A DNA stretch of 64,000 nucleotides from Dipteris shenzhenensis (Eukaryota): the NCBI GenBank assembly GCA_047967505.1, contig CM106538.1; one strand, 5' to 3'. This document shows, in pieces, positions 37,547 through 51,395 of the stretch (within the stretch, counting starts at the first letter, position 1; every line of letters starts with the position of its first letter). A model generated the notes under the pieces. That model did not search any database and was not told where the DNA came from. It saw only the letters and a list, made by a program, of their open reading frames with translations. The position numbers and the translations under genes were made by a program.

Positions 37547-38307
37547 ATAAACCAAGTTGATCATGCTTCTATGTTGTCTCATTATGTTTGTGGATGAAAG
37601 CTTCTCATTCATGTAGATGGGCTCCAATGCATGTGAAGTATTTCCTTTCAAGTCAACCATCTTGTCTCCCTTTACAAGAGAGAATTTGTCCATGCTATTC
37701 AGTATCACACATTCAAAAAGGCACCAAACCATAGTTGCTAAGATAAAATCACCTCATCCAAGAGTGTGATGGACACAAGTTGAGGATATCCTAGCCTCTG
37801 TGCCATAAGATCTAGGCCTTTTTAGCACCAAATATCATTCACTAGATTGAGAAAAAGGCAACACACTAGCTATTTTGGCTTTCTTTAATGGGTGATTTTG
37901 GATCGAGCCATCGCCATATCTAGGTCACAGAGGCCCAAGCCCCCAAGACCCTACGCCTGGCACCCATATCTTTATTGGATCCGTGCCATCATTCCCAAAC
38001 ACTGGAAATGTGTGGCATCGAGTTATGAGATCCTAGAGCTGCCCATGATTGGGATTTTTGACATGAGAAGAGTGCAACCTTTCTATTGATTAGCTTTTTG
38101 CCTATGCTGATCAATTGGTACTTTTTAGTAATACTTGCTTGGTATTTCATTAGTTTTGGGTCCCTTGCAATCCCTCTGACTGTAAGTACCTTTAGTAGCT
38201 CTCAGCTTTCAGCTTATTTATTTTGTTGTTCTCTTTGATGAGACAACACTAGTAGATGTATCAATTATTTTAGTCTCATAGACCGTTTGGCCTTTTAGAG
38301 ATGTTAA

Positions 38308-38309
<2 letters not shown>

Positions 38310-38345
<36 letters not shown>

Positions 38346-38748
38346 AATAAAATTATTTTATAGATGGCCACATGGCTAACATTTTATGTCCAAGATTTCC
38401 CTTCCTGATTACTATGAACCACTATGTTAGCTCAAAGTACACCCATCCAATGTATAGCCGTGTCATTCTCCACTAGATGTGTTGACCTTAATGAAGAGAC
38501 TTGCCAAAATAGTAGCCCTTTGCTACAATCTATGTGAGCTTTAATGCCAACTTTTATATCAAATATGAAAGCATTCCTGATTAACCAAATATGTCACAAA
38601 TCTATCCATTGGAAGAAATGAAAGAAGAACAAATATTATGGATTATCTAGCCCATGTAGAATCTTGCCAAAAACCTAATTTTAAACCATGATGGGCCTAT
38701 TAGTCAATGTGAGAAATGAAATCTCGCACCTTCATTACCATCATGCAT

Positions 38749-38832
<84 letters not shown>

Positions 38833-39271
38833 CCTCTCTCTCTCTCTCTCTCCAAATAAAATTATTATTTTACAGATGGCCACATGGCTACCATTTTATG
38901 TCCAAGATTTCCCTCCCTGATTACTTTGAACCACTATGTTAGCTCAAAGTACACTCATCCCATATATAGCCATGTCATTCTCCACTAGATGTGTTGACCT
39001 TAATGAAGAGGCTTGCCATAATAGTAGCCCTTTGCTACAATCTATGTGAGCTTTAGTACCAACTTTTACATCAAATATGAAAGCATTCCTGATTAACCAA
39101 ATATACCACAAACCTATCCATTGGAAGAAATGAAAGAAGAACAAATATTATGGATTATCTAGCCCATGTAGAATCTTGCCAAAAACCCAATTTTAGATCG
39201 TGATGGGCCTATTGGTCAATAGATTCCATATGTGAGAAATGAAATCTCGCACCTTCATTACCATCATGCAT

Positions 39272-39345
<74 letters not shown>

Positions 39346-39780
39346 CCTCTCTCTCTCTCTCTCCAAATAAAATTATTATTTTACAGATGGCCACATGGCT
39401 ACCATTTTATGTCCAAGATTTCCCTCCCTGATTACTTTGAACCACTATGTTAGCTCAAAGTACACTCATCCCATATATAGCCATGTCATTCTCCACTAGA
39501 TGTGTTGACCTTAATGAAGAGGCTTGCCATAATAGTAGCCCTTTGCTACAATCTATGTGAGCTTTAGTACCAACTTTTACATCAAATATGAAAGCATTCC
39601 TGATTAACCAAATATGCCACAAACCTATCCATTGGAAGAAATGAAAGAAGAACAAATATTATGGATTATCTAGCCCATGTAGAATCTTGCCAAAAACCCA
39701 ATTTTAGATCGTGATGGGCCTATTGGTCAATAGATTCCATACGTGAGAAATGAAATCTCGCACCTTCATTACCATCATGC
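38310..39780. repeat. Tandem triplication of a ~510-bp unit [(CT)n + LINE 3' end]
   Basis: Units begin CCAAATAAAATTATT at ~38343, ~38852 and ~39363, each preceded by (CT)n; near-identical ORF-track peptides 511 bp apart (38944 and 39455). Confidence 0.95.
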
Positions 39781-41701
39781 ATGAAATGAAAAGAGACATA
39801 GAAGTCTCCAAGCATGTAGTACAAAATACACAATTACTAGGACCAATCCATTGCTTTCATGATAAGTCTCCCATGGGTAGGCCTCCCACTAGCATGTGCT
39901 AGATAAACAACTTCCCTTGATATGGAATGTTAGAGTGCCAGCTCTTGAAAAGTACTTCGTTCAACTAGGCCCTCCTATTTTGGGTGTGCAAAACCGATCA
40001 GTTTTCTAAGTGAGCCTATGCTTCTCTTTCACCATCATATGGTACAACTTGACTTGTTATATGCTAGACTATGGCTTGAGGCTTTTGAAATGCCAAATCT
40101 AACCAAGGTTGCTCGTTCTCCACTTGAAGAATGTCACCAAATGATGTAAGGGCCACCCTCACTTTCTCCCGTAACTGTGCATAACCACAAGAAATCTGTA
40201 AGGATTGTCCCATTTCTTAAAGCAATAATAATAAGCCTCCATAGGGCAATGAAGCATCCTAGATTCTCACTAACCCCAACAATCCATTTGATTGAATTGT
40301 GGCCTCTCAATCAATTTTTTTAAGCCACTTTAGAAAGTAGCCAGCACGTCACCTATCGTGGAATTCAAATACAACCATTAATCAGAGGGCTTCCATTTAG
40401 TATATACCCCTCCTTCCATGGAATCATCAAATGAGAAAGCAGAGGTGAAGCTAACACTTGAAGTTATTGGGAAGCATTCACTACATCCCACCACATACCG
40501 TCAATCTTGGGATTACCATCCACAAGTAAAACCTCATCGATGAGTGCTTTAGCCGTGTGAAAATTTCTATTTTCATGTATTCTAGACAAGATTTAATGAA
40601 AATGAAGGATATGTAATTTACTATTAACTTATGTGCCATTTTGTGGACTATTTGTGATGCTACTTTGCCTAGTTTGCCACCATCTCTTCAAGGTGCTTTT
40701 TTAGCAACTTTCTATCTCTTTTGTGGAACCCTATTGCTAATTTCTTATTCAAGTGCTCTACACAAAAGCCTTCAAAGTGAATAATGCATCTATTGCTTAT
40801 CCAATGCCAACATCTTCAATCATGGAACTTGATTGCTTTTTCAACAAGGGTTACTTATCATATGTATTAAAAATCGAAGATGGTAAAGAACCTCTCATTT
40901 TAGATTATCTTTTTCATATTACTTAAGAAGAGGAATCATTGGTGTAGGAGTTGTCGATATTGATATCAATCACACGATTTCCATAGGAGATGACTTGGCC
41001 AATTGTTTCATGGCTTCTTGTGCTTCTCCAATTGAGTAATCAGCCTTAATCAAATCTGCTAATATTGAAATTGGATTAGTTAAACCTAGTGGTTCATCAT
41101 CTAAACTATCTACTATGGCTATTGCCTTCAAGGGAGTAGTAGATGTCCTAGTATTTTGATATTCAAAGAGTGCCTATAGAGACAATGCCAGTCTAGAGTT
41201 TTGTGGCAATTTTTTTCTTATCCTTTCTTAAAATATCAACCATGATCCTTGAGTACACATACCTTGCCCGATTTATTTTGTGCCCTTTTAAGATTGCATG
41301 CAAACAATGTGTTGTTGTCCTTTGACATATACTCTATTTTTACAAGCAAAAAAACTCATTTTAAAAGCCATGCTAGTTACATTCTGTGTTGATGATTGTT
41401 TTTCATAACATAACAGTCTCTTGTTGTTTTTGGATGGCCAAATTCTACTATCATAATAGCATCAAAACATTTCTTCCATTTTGGATTCTTAGCTAATGGT
41501 ACCCTTTAAATTTTTTGCAATCCACTCTTGATAAGCAAGATTAAGTGTATGAGACGTTGACATGTGCACTTAAGTGGGTAAGGATAACAACGTACTTTTT
41601 CCTATATATTGAGTGATTTCTAAGGAAATAATCACATCTTTCTTATGTTGCTCTCTTCTCACCATGTGTATCTACTTTGAGCCTCCATAGATTTCTAGAT
41701 G

Positions 41702-43600
41702 TGGTATCAGAGCCCAAGTAGCTCACTCTTGTACAACCTGTGTGTTTGTTTCCCTATCATGGCTCTTCTTTCCTAATTCTATCTTTGTATGTTGGTGTCT
41801 TCAAGACTGGTTTCCACTCCTACAAGCTTGATTGACATGTTGTAGATCGACTTGAATTTCTACCAAAACTAGGTGAAGCTATCATTTAGCACTCATCTAG
41901 AATTGTCTTTGTCTTGGGGAATGGTTAGCCTACTTGTATTGATGGCTTTGCACATTAATTTTCTTGCTACTATTCACATGGTTCCAGATCTTCCTTCTTT
42001 CCTATCGCATCATGTTCAAGCTTTTCTCTGACTGGGACAAGTGTGACTGCCCATCATTATTCTCTAATTGAGGAACTACTAGTCAACCTTTAACTTGGCT
42101 CAAACCTCACCTACAATATTCACTTTGGTAGATTCAGAGACAAAGCTATGTCATTAATATCATCACCAAGTCTGAATCTCACCATTCTACTAAGGACAAA
42201 ATACATCGCTTCTCATATTCTCTTTAATACAATTATCCTAGATAGCCCATGGATCTCCCAAAAACAACACGCTACACTGTTTCTCGAGTTGGCTACATAT
42301 GCAATTCTCTATGCTGACCCACATATAATACTATTCAATCATTCATTGCTCAATATTTTTCCTATAGCTTTGCCATATGTTTTGAATTACATCTCTCGTG
42401 CCTCTATCTATGACTATCCACTACTCCTTTGATTCAAAAAGCTAGTTCTCACTACATCAATCCATGACAATGTGATGGCCTATCTTTTTTAGTTTTTGCA
42501 AAGTATTTTGTTGCTAAGGTTCAAAGATTCCTTCATTGGATGACAAGAGGGACTATTATATTCGCCCTTAAGCCCATTTGCAAGGTTTTCTCTTTGTGAA
42601 GCAAACTAAAGGTTTGACTTCCCAATGGCCACACAAGTCATTAATAATTTCATAGGTTTTGGCTTTTATACATGGCAATAAAAGGTTACGTACCTTCAAA
42701 TGTAGAAGAACAAAAGAGACACAGAGAAAAGCCTTAGAGATGACTATGAAGAAAGCTTTGGGATACATAGTTGCAACACACCCAAATTAATGTATTCATC
42801 ACATTGATAGTATATTTAGTGCAAATGCATGGGAAATTTATTAAGACTCACTCCAAGCATTCCAAGGTGAAATTTCTCATGGTTTGAGGTATGATCCAAA
42901 GAATGATCTCACTAATCATTTAAATAAATACAAGAGTATTAGACAATAATTGCTTAATTAAACAAGTTTTAGGTGAAGATCAAGCTAAGGCAATACTCTG
43001 AGCTGACTATGATGTAAAGGATATAAAAGTCTAGTTGAGACATTGTCTAATATGTATAACTTACACTTTATGACATTGAGTCATCCCCATTGGAGAGTTA
43101 GAGTAAAATTAAATTAGTAGAGAGCATGGCATCCACTTCTACCCATGAAACAACCTTCATGAGCACTAGGAGGAACTTCTAAGTGGAAATTAGAGGATCA
43201 AATGCAACCACTTTGGGTTAAATAATTGCAAAGAAAAAGATGTAGGAACATTAGTGTTTCATATACAAGAAATTTGGTCATGATGAGAGAAATATTTATC
43301 AAGCCAATTATATTGGCAAGCCACCTCAAAGCCATCATGTATTTAGCTCTAATGATCACAATGATGTATCTTTGTCCATTGGACATTTGTTTTGAATCCG
43401 ATTATGTATTGAGCTTGCCTTTGGCATCATATGATGTAGCCAAGGAATAATTTTTCATTGCCTACACTGATAGTTACACCACATGTCTATGAACATGATA
43501 GGGGACTCAGTGGGGTGACCTTCTATGTAAAGTCATGACATCTCTGATGACATTGGCAATCGGTAATGACTAGCCTAGCATCAAGGGCAGTGTTGAAATA
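41702..43600 (+). mobile_element. Heavily decayed copia-type element (PBS + gag remnant)
   Basis: TGGTATCAGAGCC at 41702; gag-like remnants NDLTNHLNKYKSIR, EDQAKAIL and knuckle-like CFIYKKFGH around 42900-43290. Confidence 0.55.
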
Positions 43601-43959
43601 GATGATGCTAGACATATTATATGTACTCAAGAAAAGAGTGGAAGAGTGGTATGAAGAGAGATTTGTTGATTTGAATGATAGTTTCTTAAAAAGATGCAAA
43701 TAATTTCTTTTTCTTTTTTTCCTTTTAGGTGCTGGGCCAGATGCATTAATGAAGAGGCTTAAATGTGTGCAAGAAGTGGATTTGATGCTAAGGCTAAAAA
43801 ATGTGTGATATAAGTGCTAAAATGTGCATGTGATGTGACAAGTGTGTAGATCATGACACTATTAAGCGTTTTTTCTCTTTGGAGCACCCTCAAGTTCTTC
43901 CTAGATCAAGAGATACGGCTTGATCAATGTGGAGGGGGAAAAAAGGTAAAAAACAATGA

Positions 43960-44600
43960 TGTGGCAAGAGGGTTCACATGCAAAAAATGTGCATGTTAAG
44001 GAGTGTACCTATGAAGTACTATGCTGAGGTGGTAGCTTAGTTCACATGGGAAACTGTGCCTATGAAGGGGTCTACCTATGGAGCATTATGCTGAGGTGGG
44101 ACCTATGTCGACATAGAAGTGCATAGCAAGAGGTAGCTATGCCTGGCAGGAGGCTATGTGCCATAAGACAATGATGACATGGTAGAGGATATGGTATGGT
44201 GACATGGCCCGCACCTGTGTCCACATGGAAGTGCATAGCAAGAGGTAATTGTGCATGGTAGGAGGCTATGTGCCACATGGCAATGATGAGATGGTAGAGG
44301 ATGTGGTATGGTGTGATGATATGGTTGATGATTGGATGTGATGATGTGGTAGTTCATGTGGTTGTGTTGACATGTCTTGATGACATGGATATTGACACAT
44401 GGATGTTGATGTGGTAATTGGGTGATGTGGTAGTCGAGGGTCAGCTAACATGGTAGCTGATGTGTCAATGATGTGTTAAGAATGATGTGGCACTAGACAT
44501 GTTGATGATGACATGGCATGATAAGGATGGGGTGCCATGTGGTAGTTTTTATACTAGACTTGGATATGGGTGACCTGTGAATAATATGTGCCATATGTCA
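43960..44600. repeat. Degenerate short-motif repeat array (CACATGG / GATGTGG / GACATGG)
   Basis: Recurring motifs and an ~118-bp near-duplicate (ACATAGAAGTGCATAGCAAGAGG at 44111; ACATGGAAGTGCATAGCAAGAGG at 44223); probably the non-coding part of an LTR element. Confidence 0.6.
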
Positions 44601-45713
44601 TTGTGTGGTGGTGTCTACTTGTTGACCAACCTTGGGTGATGATAAAATTAGTCGAAACCTGCTACCTAAAGAACCTTTTAGATTCCATCACCTCCTCCGT
44701 TATGAGGTGAGTCTCATCGTGGAGCCACTTTTTCTGATTGATGGTAACGTTTGCTTGCCTAGGTGGTTACTAGAGCTATGGGCGATGTGAATAGTGATTC
44801 GTGAAGGCCATAGGCCTTGCCCATGCACTCTATCAAGGCTTGATGATATGGACATTGTTGTCGGTTGGCTGTGGGAGATCACAGTAAAGGTGTTGATGGT
44901 GGCTCTTACTTCTAGCTGCTGATGCTACTGATGAGGCTACTTGCATGCAAGATTGCACTGCTATCCTCAGGTTCGTGTGCATGTTTGAGGCTCACTTGCT
45001 CTTTAGTCCCATTAGTGTGGCTTCATGACATGTGTAGCTAGGTGTTGAAGGAGTCATTGGAGTGGCATTGGAGGAGTCCGTTATGTGCTTGCCATCGTAT
45101 AGTTACGTAGTGTGTGTAACTACCCTGTGAGCTTGAGTAGAGTGCTTGTGTAGGTCATAGTAATCCCTTGCTGCTTGGCATTGCTTGTTGGTAGTCAATT
45201 GTGGTTTATGGTAGAGTCGATGCTAAAGGGCTTCCATTTAGGGCTAGGGTCATTTGCTTGTTGTGAGAGGCCATGAACTTCTAGCTGGTAGCTGATGTAG
45301 GCACTGCTTGAGTCATTGTGGAGGCCGAAGTCATTGTAGATGTTGTAGGCTCCTTTGTTGGTTGTGTGTTGTATGCTTACTAAGTTTGGTCCTTAGCTTG
45401 TAGGCTAGAATAGTACTGATCTCGATCTCTTTGTCTCTCAGATCTTGATAGGATAGGATTATTTTTCTAAGGAGACACCTCTCTCTCTCTCAGTGAAAGA
45501 ATAGAACTGTATTCAAAGATCTCTCAAGCAACAAATGAACATGAATGGAAATGGAAATGGATGGAAATGCCTCTCTGAAGGAACTTTCTCACATGGATGG
45601 AATTTCTCTACCAGAAGAGATTAGAATGAACTCCAAATTGCTCAAGAACTCTCAAACTCAATCTCTCATGCACTCTTGCAAGGATGGCGCCTCAGCGAAA
45701 GGTAAAGCCATGA

Positions 45714-45946
45714 TTTGATACCATGAACAAATATGGAGAGAGGAGATGAGAAGAGTGGAGATAAGGAGAGAGGGAACAGGTAGAGAGCACACCACAAAAT
45801 GACTAGTTGTACACTAGATTTAATTGAAAGTAAAGAATATATATACCCTTTAGGGTTAGGGCTTTTAACCCTTGTGACTTTTAGCACTCTATCTATTAGT
45901 GCTATGCACATGTGATAATAGATTATGTTGAGATGAATCCTCAACA
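45714..45946 (-). mobile_element. Putative 5' LTR (45946-45724) plus degenerate PBS of a minus-strand LTR element
   Basis: Minus strand reads TGTTGAGG...TATATAT...TTGTTCA then TGGTATCAAA; partner LTR not recognised. Confidence 0.55.
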
Positions 45947-47258
45947 TCCATCAGAGCTGCTCAGCTCATTCCATCTCTCTCCAAAGTCTTATGCCTTAGT
46001 GTTGAAGTAGTCTACCATCCCGCTACCTATTTGTTCATTCATAATAGTTTTGCTAAAAGGTTCAAAGGTCTAAGATTCAACCCACAAGCTGCCTTTTAAC
46101 TCTTTTTAACTCAGTTTTCATTTACCTTAGGTCACAGGTTTAGTTTAGTTCACGTCTCCCTAACCCCAAGTTGGGCTGAACCTCTAGCCCAACCTAGGGG
46201 TTAGCTCTAAAAAGGGAGTGCATAGGCCACCATGGAACTTCCCAATCAAGAACCTTGAATCAAGTCCATCTAGCAAGGTCTCTTACTCGACCATTGTAGC
46301 CCTCCCATTGCCTTCCCCCTATGCAAGGTTTCAAAAGCAAAGGATCATTACTTGACCATTGCGACCCTCCCATCACTTTCTCTCTATGCAAGGTTTCAAA
46401 AGCAAAGGATCATTTCACACCCACAAGATCACATCTATTACCTACCGTAGGAAATACAAGAGCTTAAGCTCCAACTTGCAGCACTTGGAAGGAAGGTACA
46501 TGACATGGAGAGTAGTGGAAAAGAAGAAATTGTGGCAAAAGTACTGCACAAATGCAATGTAACTCCACTAGCACCACAATTGGTCTCCACGGTTAAGGAG
46601 ATGATCACTAATCAAGTAAGTCTATCAAAGAAGAAATGAATTTTTTAAAAAGAAAAGAAAGAAGAGATGATTTCTTTTTGATGCTAGCAATACAATAAAT
46701 AAAGTGGATCTTTATACCAAAGTAAAAGAGTAGGAATCTAGAGTGAAAAATAGAACGATCTTATGCATTGGGTGGTTGAAAGATGGTTGCGTTCATGATG
46801 ATGAGGAGAAAGACATAGATGATATAACCATATGCCTTAAGTTTTGCAAGCATAGGTATATTTCAAAGGAGGGTAGTAAGAGTTAATATCCTTAGAAAAA
46901 CACATAAACTCAAGGGTATAAAGAATTGGATATCTAAGGAGCTCACCCTGATCCAACTCAAACAAAGAAATAGTAAACTCACCAAAGTTAAAGAAGCACC
47001 ACAAAGTAGGAAAATTGGTGGTTTATTGAGACGGGCAAGCATTCATTAGAGACTTTAAATCCAAACCCAAAGACTCTCAATCTTAAACTGATGTTATGAA
47101 GGCCACCTTATAATAGTATCAAAATGTAGTTATGTCGTGTAGTACTAGGGAGGAATTAGCTTTGTGCACTCCCTTGACTGTTTGGTTATCCAAATGTGGT
47201 AATTCACTATTTAGTTGGTTCTACTTTCTCTCGTAGACCCATGAGGTCTTTTATAGAC

Positions 47259-47299
<41 letters not shown>

Positions 47300-47305
<6 letters not shown>

Positions 47306-49800
47306 CCTTCCCCTTGGATTATAATAAGGAAACTATGAAGCATCATGATTGGCTTGTAGAAGACTCCATTATCAAGTCCCATTACTCTGAAGAAGAGAAT
47401 TTTCAAAAGCGATGATGAGGACATATAGGTGTATGAATGGGAAGAGAAGGATGCATGACTATTGGATATCATGAGGATGATGATAATAGATAGTAAAATA
47501 CCACTTATCTAGATGGCTACAACTACAATTGATGCATGGGAGATCCTTCGAGACCAGTTTGATGCTATGACCCATGTGTTCATTATCTTTAGCCTCAACT
47601 CCTCAACCTACGATTTAGTGACAGAGATTCAGTGATGGGTCATATCACTAAGATTAAGGAGAGTGATGATATTTGTGGGCTGGATCCAAAACTAGGTTGG
47701 ATACTCACTAACTGTAATGCTGCTGAACCAACTTCCTTCTACTCACCAAAATTTTGTCACAATGCTCACTCTTGGTGAGGCGTAAACTGACAACCTTCAA
47801 GGAGGTGAACTCATTTTGTTGATTCAAGAATAGATGAGGCAAGATCTATATTGAGGAGGGCATTGGTGGCCCAAGGGAAGGGCAAGAAGAAAAAGACCTA
47901 GGGTGGTGAGCCCATGGGATAATAAACGAGAGAGGTTTCATTCCTTTTTCTATTCATGATAGTGTGGGCAAAACTTTAAATGATGTCTTGTATGTGCAAA
48001 TTCATGCAAACAATTTGCTTTTAGTCTATACCATGACTAGGAAGAAGCAAGTTTTGTTGAGAATTGGCAAAACAAGGAGATTATGGCTTGTGGATTGGGG
48101 AAGGTAGGCCTTTACAAGATAAATGCATTCCTTGCTTGTGATTGGTGAGCATGATATGGCGCAGGCACTTCAGGCACATACCTCTCATTGGAGTGCAACA
48201 GTGAGCACTGACAAAAGTGGAGAGTATGTGGATAAGCAGAGTGGGATCAAGAGACAAATGGAAATTTCTCTCTCTTCTACAAAATAGTGTGGTAGAGTGC
48301 AAGAACTGATTCATTATGGAAATGGCAAGAGCATGTTAGAGGCAAAGAACCTGACTAGGATTTACAAGGCTAAGGTCCTTCAAATATAGTGGTCCATTTC
48401 ATCAATAGGATAAAGATGAGAGAGCTTGAGGAGTTATGCCAAGGAGGCTTATTCAATTGTATCCTATCATGGGTAGCCACTATTATTGTAGATGGACATG
48501 AAGTCCACATTCATTAATGGGGAGATTTAGGAGGAGGAAGAGGAGCTATATGTTGAGCAGCCTCCAAGCTATGAGGTGAATGGGAAGCACTTGTTGTGCA
48601 AGTTAAAAAAGGTGTTGTACGAGCTTAAAAAATTGCCAAGGGATTGGTATCATAGGATGAATCAATTCTTCACCACTTCCAGACTCACTCCCAGCTCATT
48701 GGACACCAATCTCTACACATTGTATAAAGTGATCTTGTCTTACTCTCATTATATTATATCTTAATGACCTCATCCCCTATACAAGCCATCATAACATGAT
48801 TGGAGATACGGAGGTCATGATTCAAAATAATTTGAGATAATGGATCTTGGGGAGATTCATTGCTTCCTTCATATTGAGATTCAAAGGATGGTTGATGGAA
48901 TATTTCTTAGCCATGAGTGGTATTGTTTGGAGCTTTTGTAGAGACTCCATAAGTTACTTTGATGAATCTAGGGAATAAGCTTTCCAAATAAGTTCTCCCA
49001 CGGTGGTGGCACATGATAACATCTATTGGTGGGTGTCTTCTCTATCTCACCAGCACCACATGCCCAAACATATCTTTGCAATCGAGCTCCTCAATCACCA
49101 CACTAGACACATTGGTTTGCAAGATTGAGAGTTCTTTGATATTTGAAGGGAACTTAAGATTATTGTATCTTGTACTTTCAAAGGGGTGAGCTGGAAGGAT
49201 ACACTAACATGGATTGGGAAGGAGATGCTGATAATCAATAGTGAACTATAGTGTATTGCTTCTTGCTTGGATCATAACCCATTTCTCCATCAAGTAAGAA
49301 ATTGTAGATGGTGATAGTCTCATTGACAAAAGTAGAGACTTGCCACACTATGAGACATGCACATCTTTTTGGCTTAGATAGTTGTTATCAAACGTGGGAC
49401 ACACAAAAGATGATCTAGTAGCAATCTAGTGTGATAGCAAGAGTTGCATTGCTATTGCACACAATCCACTATTCCATGATCACACATGCCATTTATCCAT
49501 AAGCTGATTGAAGCTCAAATAGTAGGGTTTGCTCGGTGTTTGACAAAGGGGAATGTAGTTGATCTCTTGATGAAGGTTTAGGAGCAACTTGAATATCTTC
49601 TTCAATATGTGGATATATGCCCATAGCCAAGCATTGAGAGGCGATGTTGAAAGATGGCATTGTCTTCCTGTCTGTTTACGAGGACATTAGGGCTGCCTAA
49701 GGTTTTTAATTGTGGTGTTATTATGCCAAGAAATGAGAAAATCCTTTTTTTTGAAAGCCACCAAGATGGGAGGAAATTCTTGAGGGAAAATGCATACACA
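47300..49800 (+). mobile_element. Decayed, internally deleted Ty1/copia element
   Basis: gag AWEILRDQF; KTLNDVLYV; RT MDMKSTFING, YVEQPPSYE, LCKLKKVLYELKKLPRDWY; RNase H GYTNMDWEGDAD, PLFHDHT; PPT GAGAGGCGA then TGTTG at 49645. Confidence 0.85.
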
Positions 49801-51197
49801 TTTGCAACTTTTTGGATGTCATCATGATGTGTGCAAGGATATTTTCATAGTCAACACTGAGACACTTGTGATATTTTCATAGTCAATACTGAGACACTGA
49901 GACCAACAATACAAAGTGCAGACTTTTACCTAATTAAATGCACTGCAAAAAAAGTAGTCTAATGAGGACTATGTTGATGATTGGGAAATGCCACTAGGAA
50001 GGGATCTTATATCATCAAGGGACAATTCTACAAACAAAAAAATTACTAGTCCTAACTCCTCACAAATGAGCTGATAGTCCACATACTTTCACACCCTATG
50101 CATTGCATGAAGATACCTATGGGAGTATTCCAAAATGAAGTCAATGTTTTCAATCACTCCAAAGACAATACTTATGAGGGAAAATATAACAACATGCCCT
50201 TTGATGTTGATAGGTAACTATCTATTCATTTGTGAGCTTGACACCATTGCCATGTGCTTGCGTTTCTCATATTTCTCTATCTACTTGCTATTAGATTTCA
50301 CAAATTTCTATTGGATTAACCTAGTAGGGAGAACTTAACCCAAAGGGATTTCATGCTCTTGGCACATCCATGTAAAAAGTAGAGATATGCTCTTCAATAT
50401 TGAGGAGTACTCCAAGAAGATGACATGAACTGAAACAAATGATTAATGAACCTAGAGGAAGCAAAAATCTCAATTTATCTAAAAGGGCAATATACAAGAG
50501 CATATATCAAATTGAAACCCTAAACAATTTATTTTGAGTATTATACCTTATTCTCCTACCTATCGATGTGATTGGAGTAGCAATATCTCAATCAATCTAA
50601 AAGGTCAATCTACAAGAGGGGGTATCAAATTGAAACTCTAGACAATTTATTATTGTATGTACATCCTTGAAGAAAACTAGCTCGTTACCCAATGTGAATC
50701 TTGCTTGATGACATTGCTCTCGAGCCATTATGTTTGTCTCTTTGTGATGTGCAAAAGCACAGAATTTTGTCAACTTTTATTCTTTAAAAAGTGCTCCAAA
50801 CAAAACTTTGGATCAAGCTAGAAATCCAAAAATGTAGGAGCATCTTTCCTAATTTATACAAAAGGGGCATTTAGATCTAACACAATTTCTCTCCAATCTT
50901 TGTGGACATGTCTTGGGACAATATTTGGTGGGGTTCTAGGTAGGCATAATAGTTGAATGTGATCCATTACTGATGCCTACCAGTCCATATGGCTATGTTT
51001 GAAGTCTCTCTACAATTCCCGCTGCCTTATATGAATGCGGTCCCATTTGCTCAATTTCTTTGCCTAATTGATCACTTTTGCTTGGGTATGCTTTTGTAGA
51101 TTTGCATCATTTTTTGAATAAGTTCCACTAACATCATGCATACCTATAAAAATATGTTGGTTTAATGGTGTTTAGAACAAAGCTTCATGTGCATTAG

Positions 51198-51395
51198 AAT
51201 GAGCCATATAATAGGCATATAATGTTAGACATACAAGATTAGGTCTACATATAATATTAGACCTATAAAATTAGACTTATAAAATTGGAATGAGCCATGT
51301 AAAATCAAAATGATCTGTATAAAATAAAAATGAGCCATATAAACTCAAAATGAGCCATTTATAATTAGAACAAGACATATACAATTGGAACGTGC
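51198..51395. repeat. Degenerate ~20-bp minisatellite (AATGAGCCATATAAAATTAG-like)
   Basis: Repeated ATGAGCCAT / ATTAGAC units at roughly 20-bp spacing. Confidence 0.75.

Larger units (their letters stand above)
32145..40553. repeat. Local segmental duplication: 32145-~34572 copied at 35605-~40553
   Basis: Block X 32145-32990 matches 35605-36127 + 37565-37889; the LINE block 33381-34572 matches 39363-40553, with extra partial copies at 38343 and 38852. Confidence 0.92.

Noticed and set aside
40555-41560. Possible decayed DNA-transposon ORF on the minus strand
   Set aside because: No unambiguous transposase motif could be read.
45849-45862. TTTAGGGTTAGGG telomere-like motif
   Set aside because: Only about two units, inside a putative LTR; not an interstitial telomere array.
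46160-46204. Short hairpin CTAACCCCAAGTTGGGCT...AGCCCAACCTAGGGGTTAG (similar one at 12537-12578)
   Set aside because: Too short and without context; no Helitron CTRR end or TSD established.
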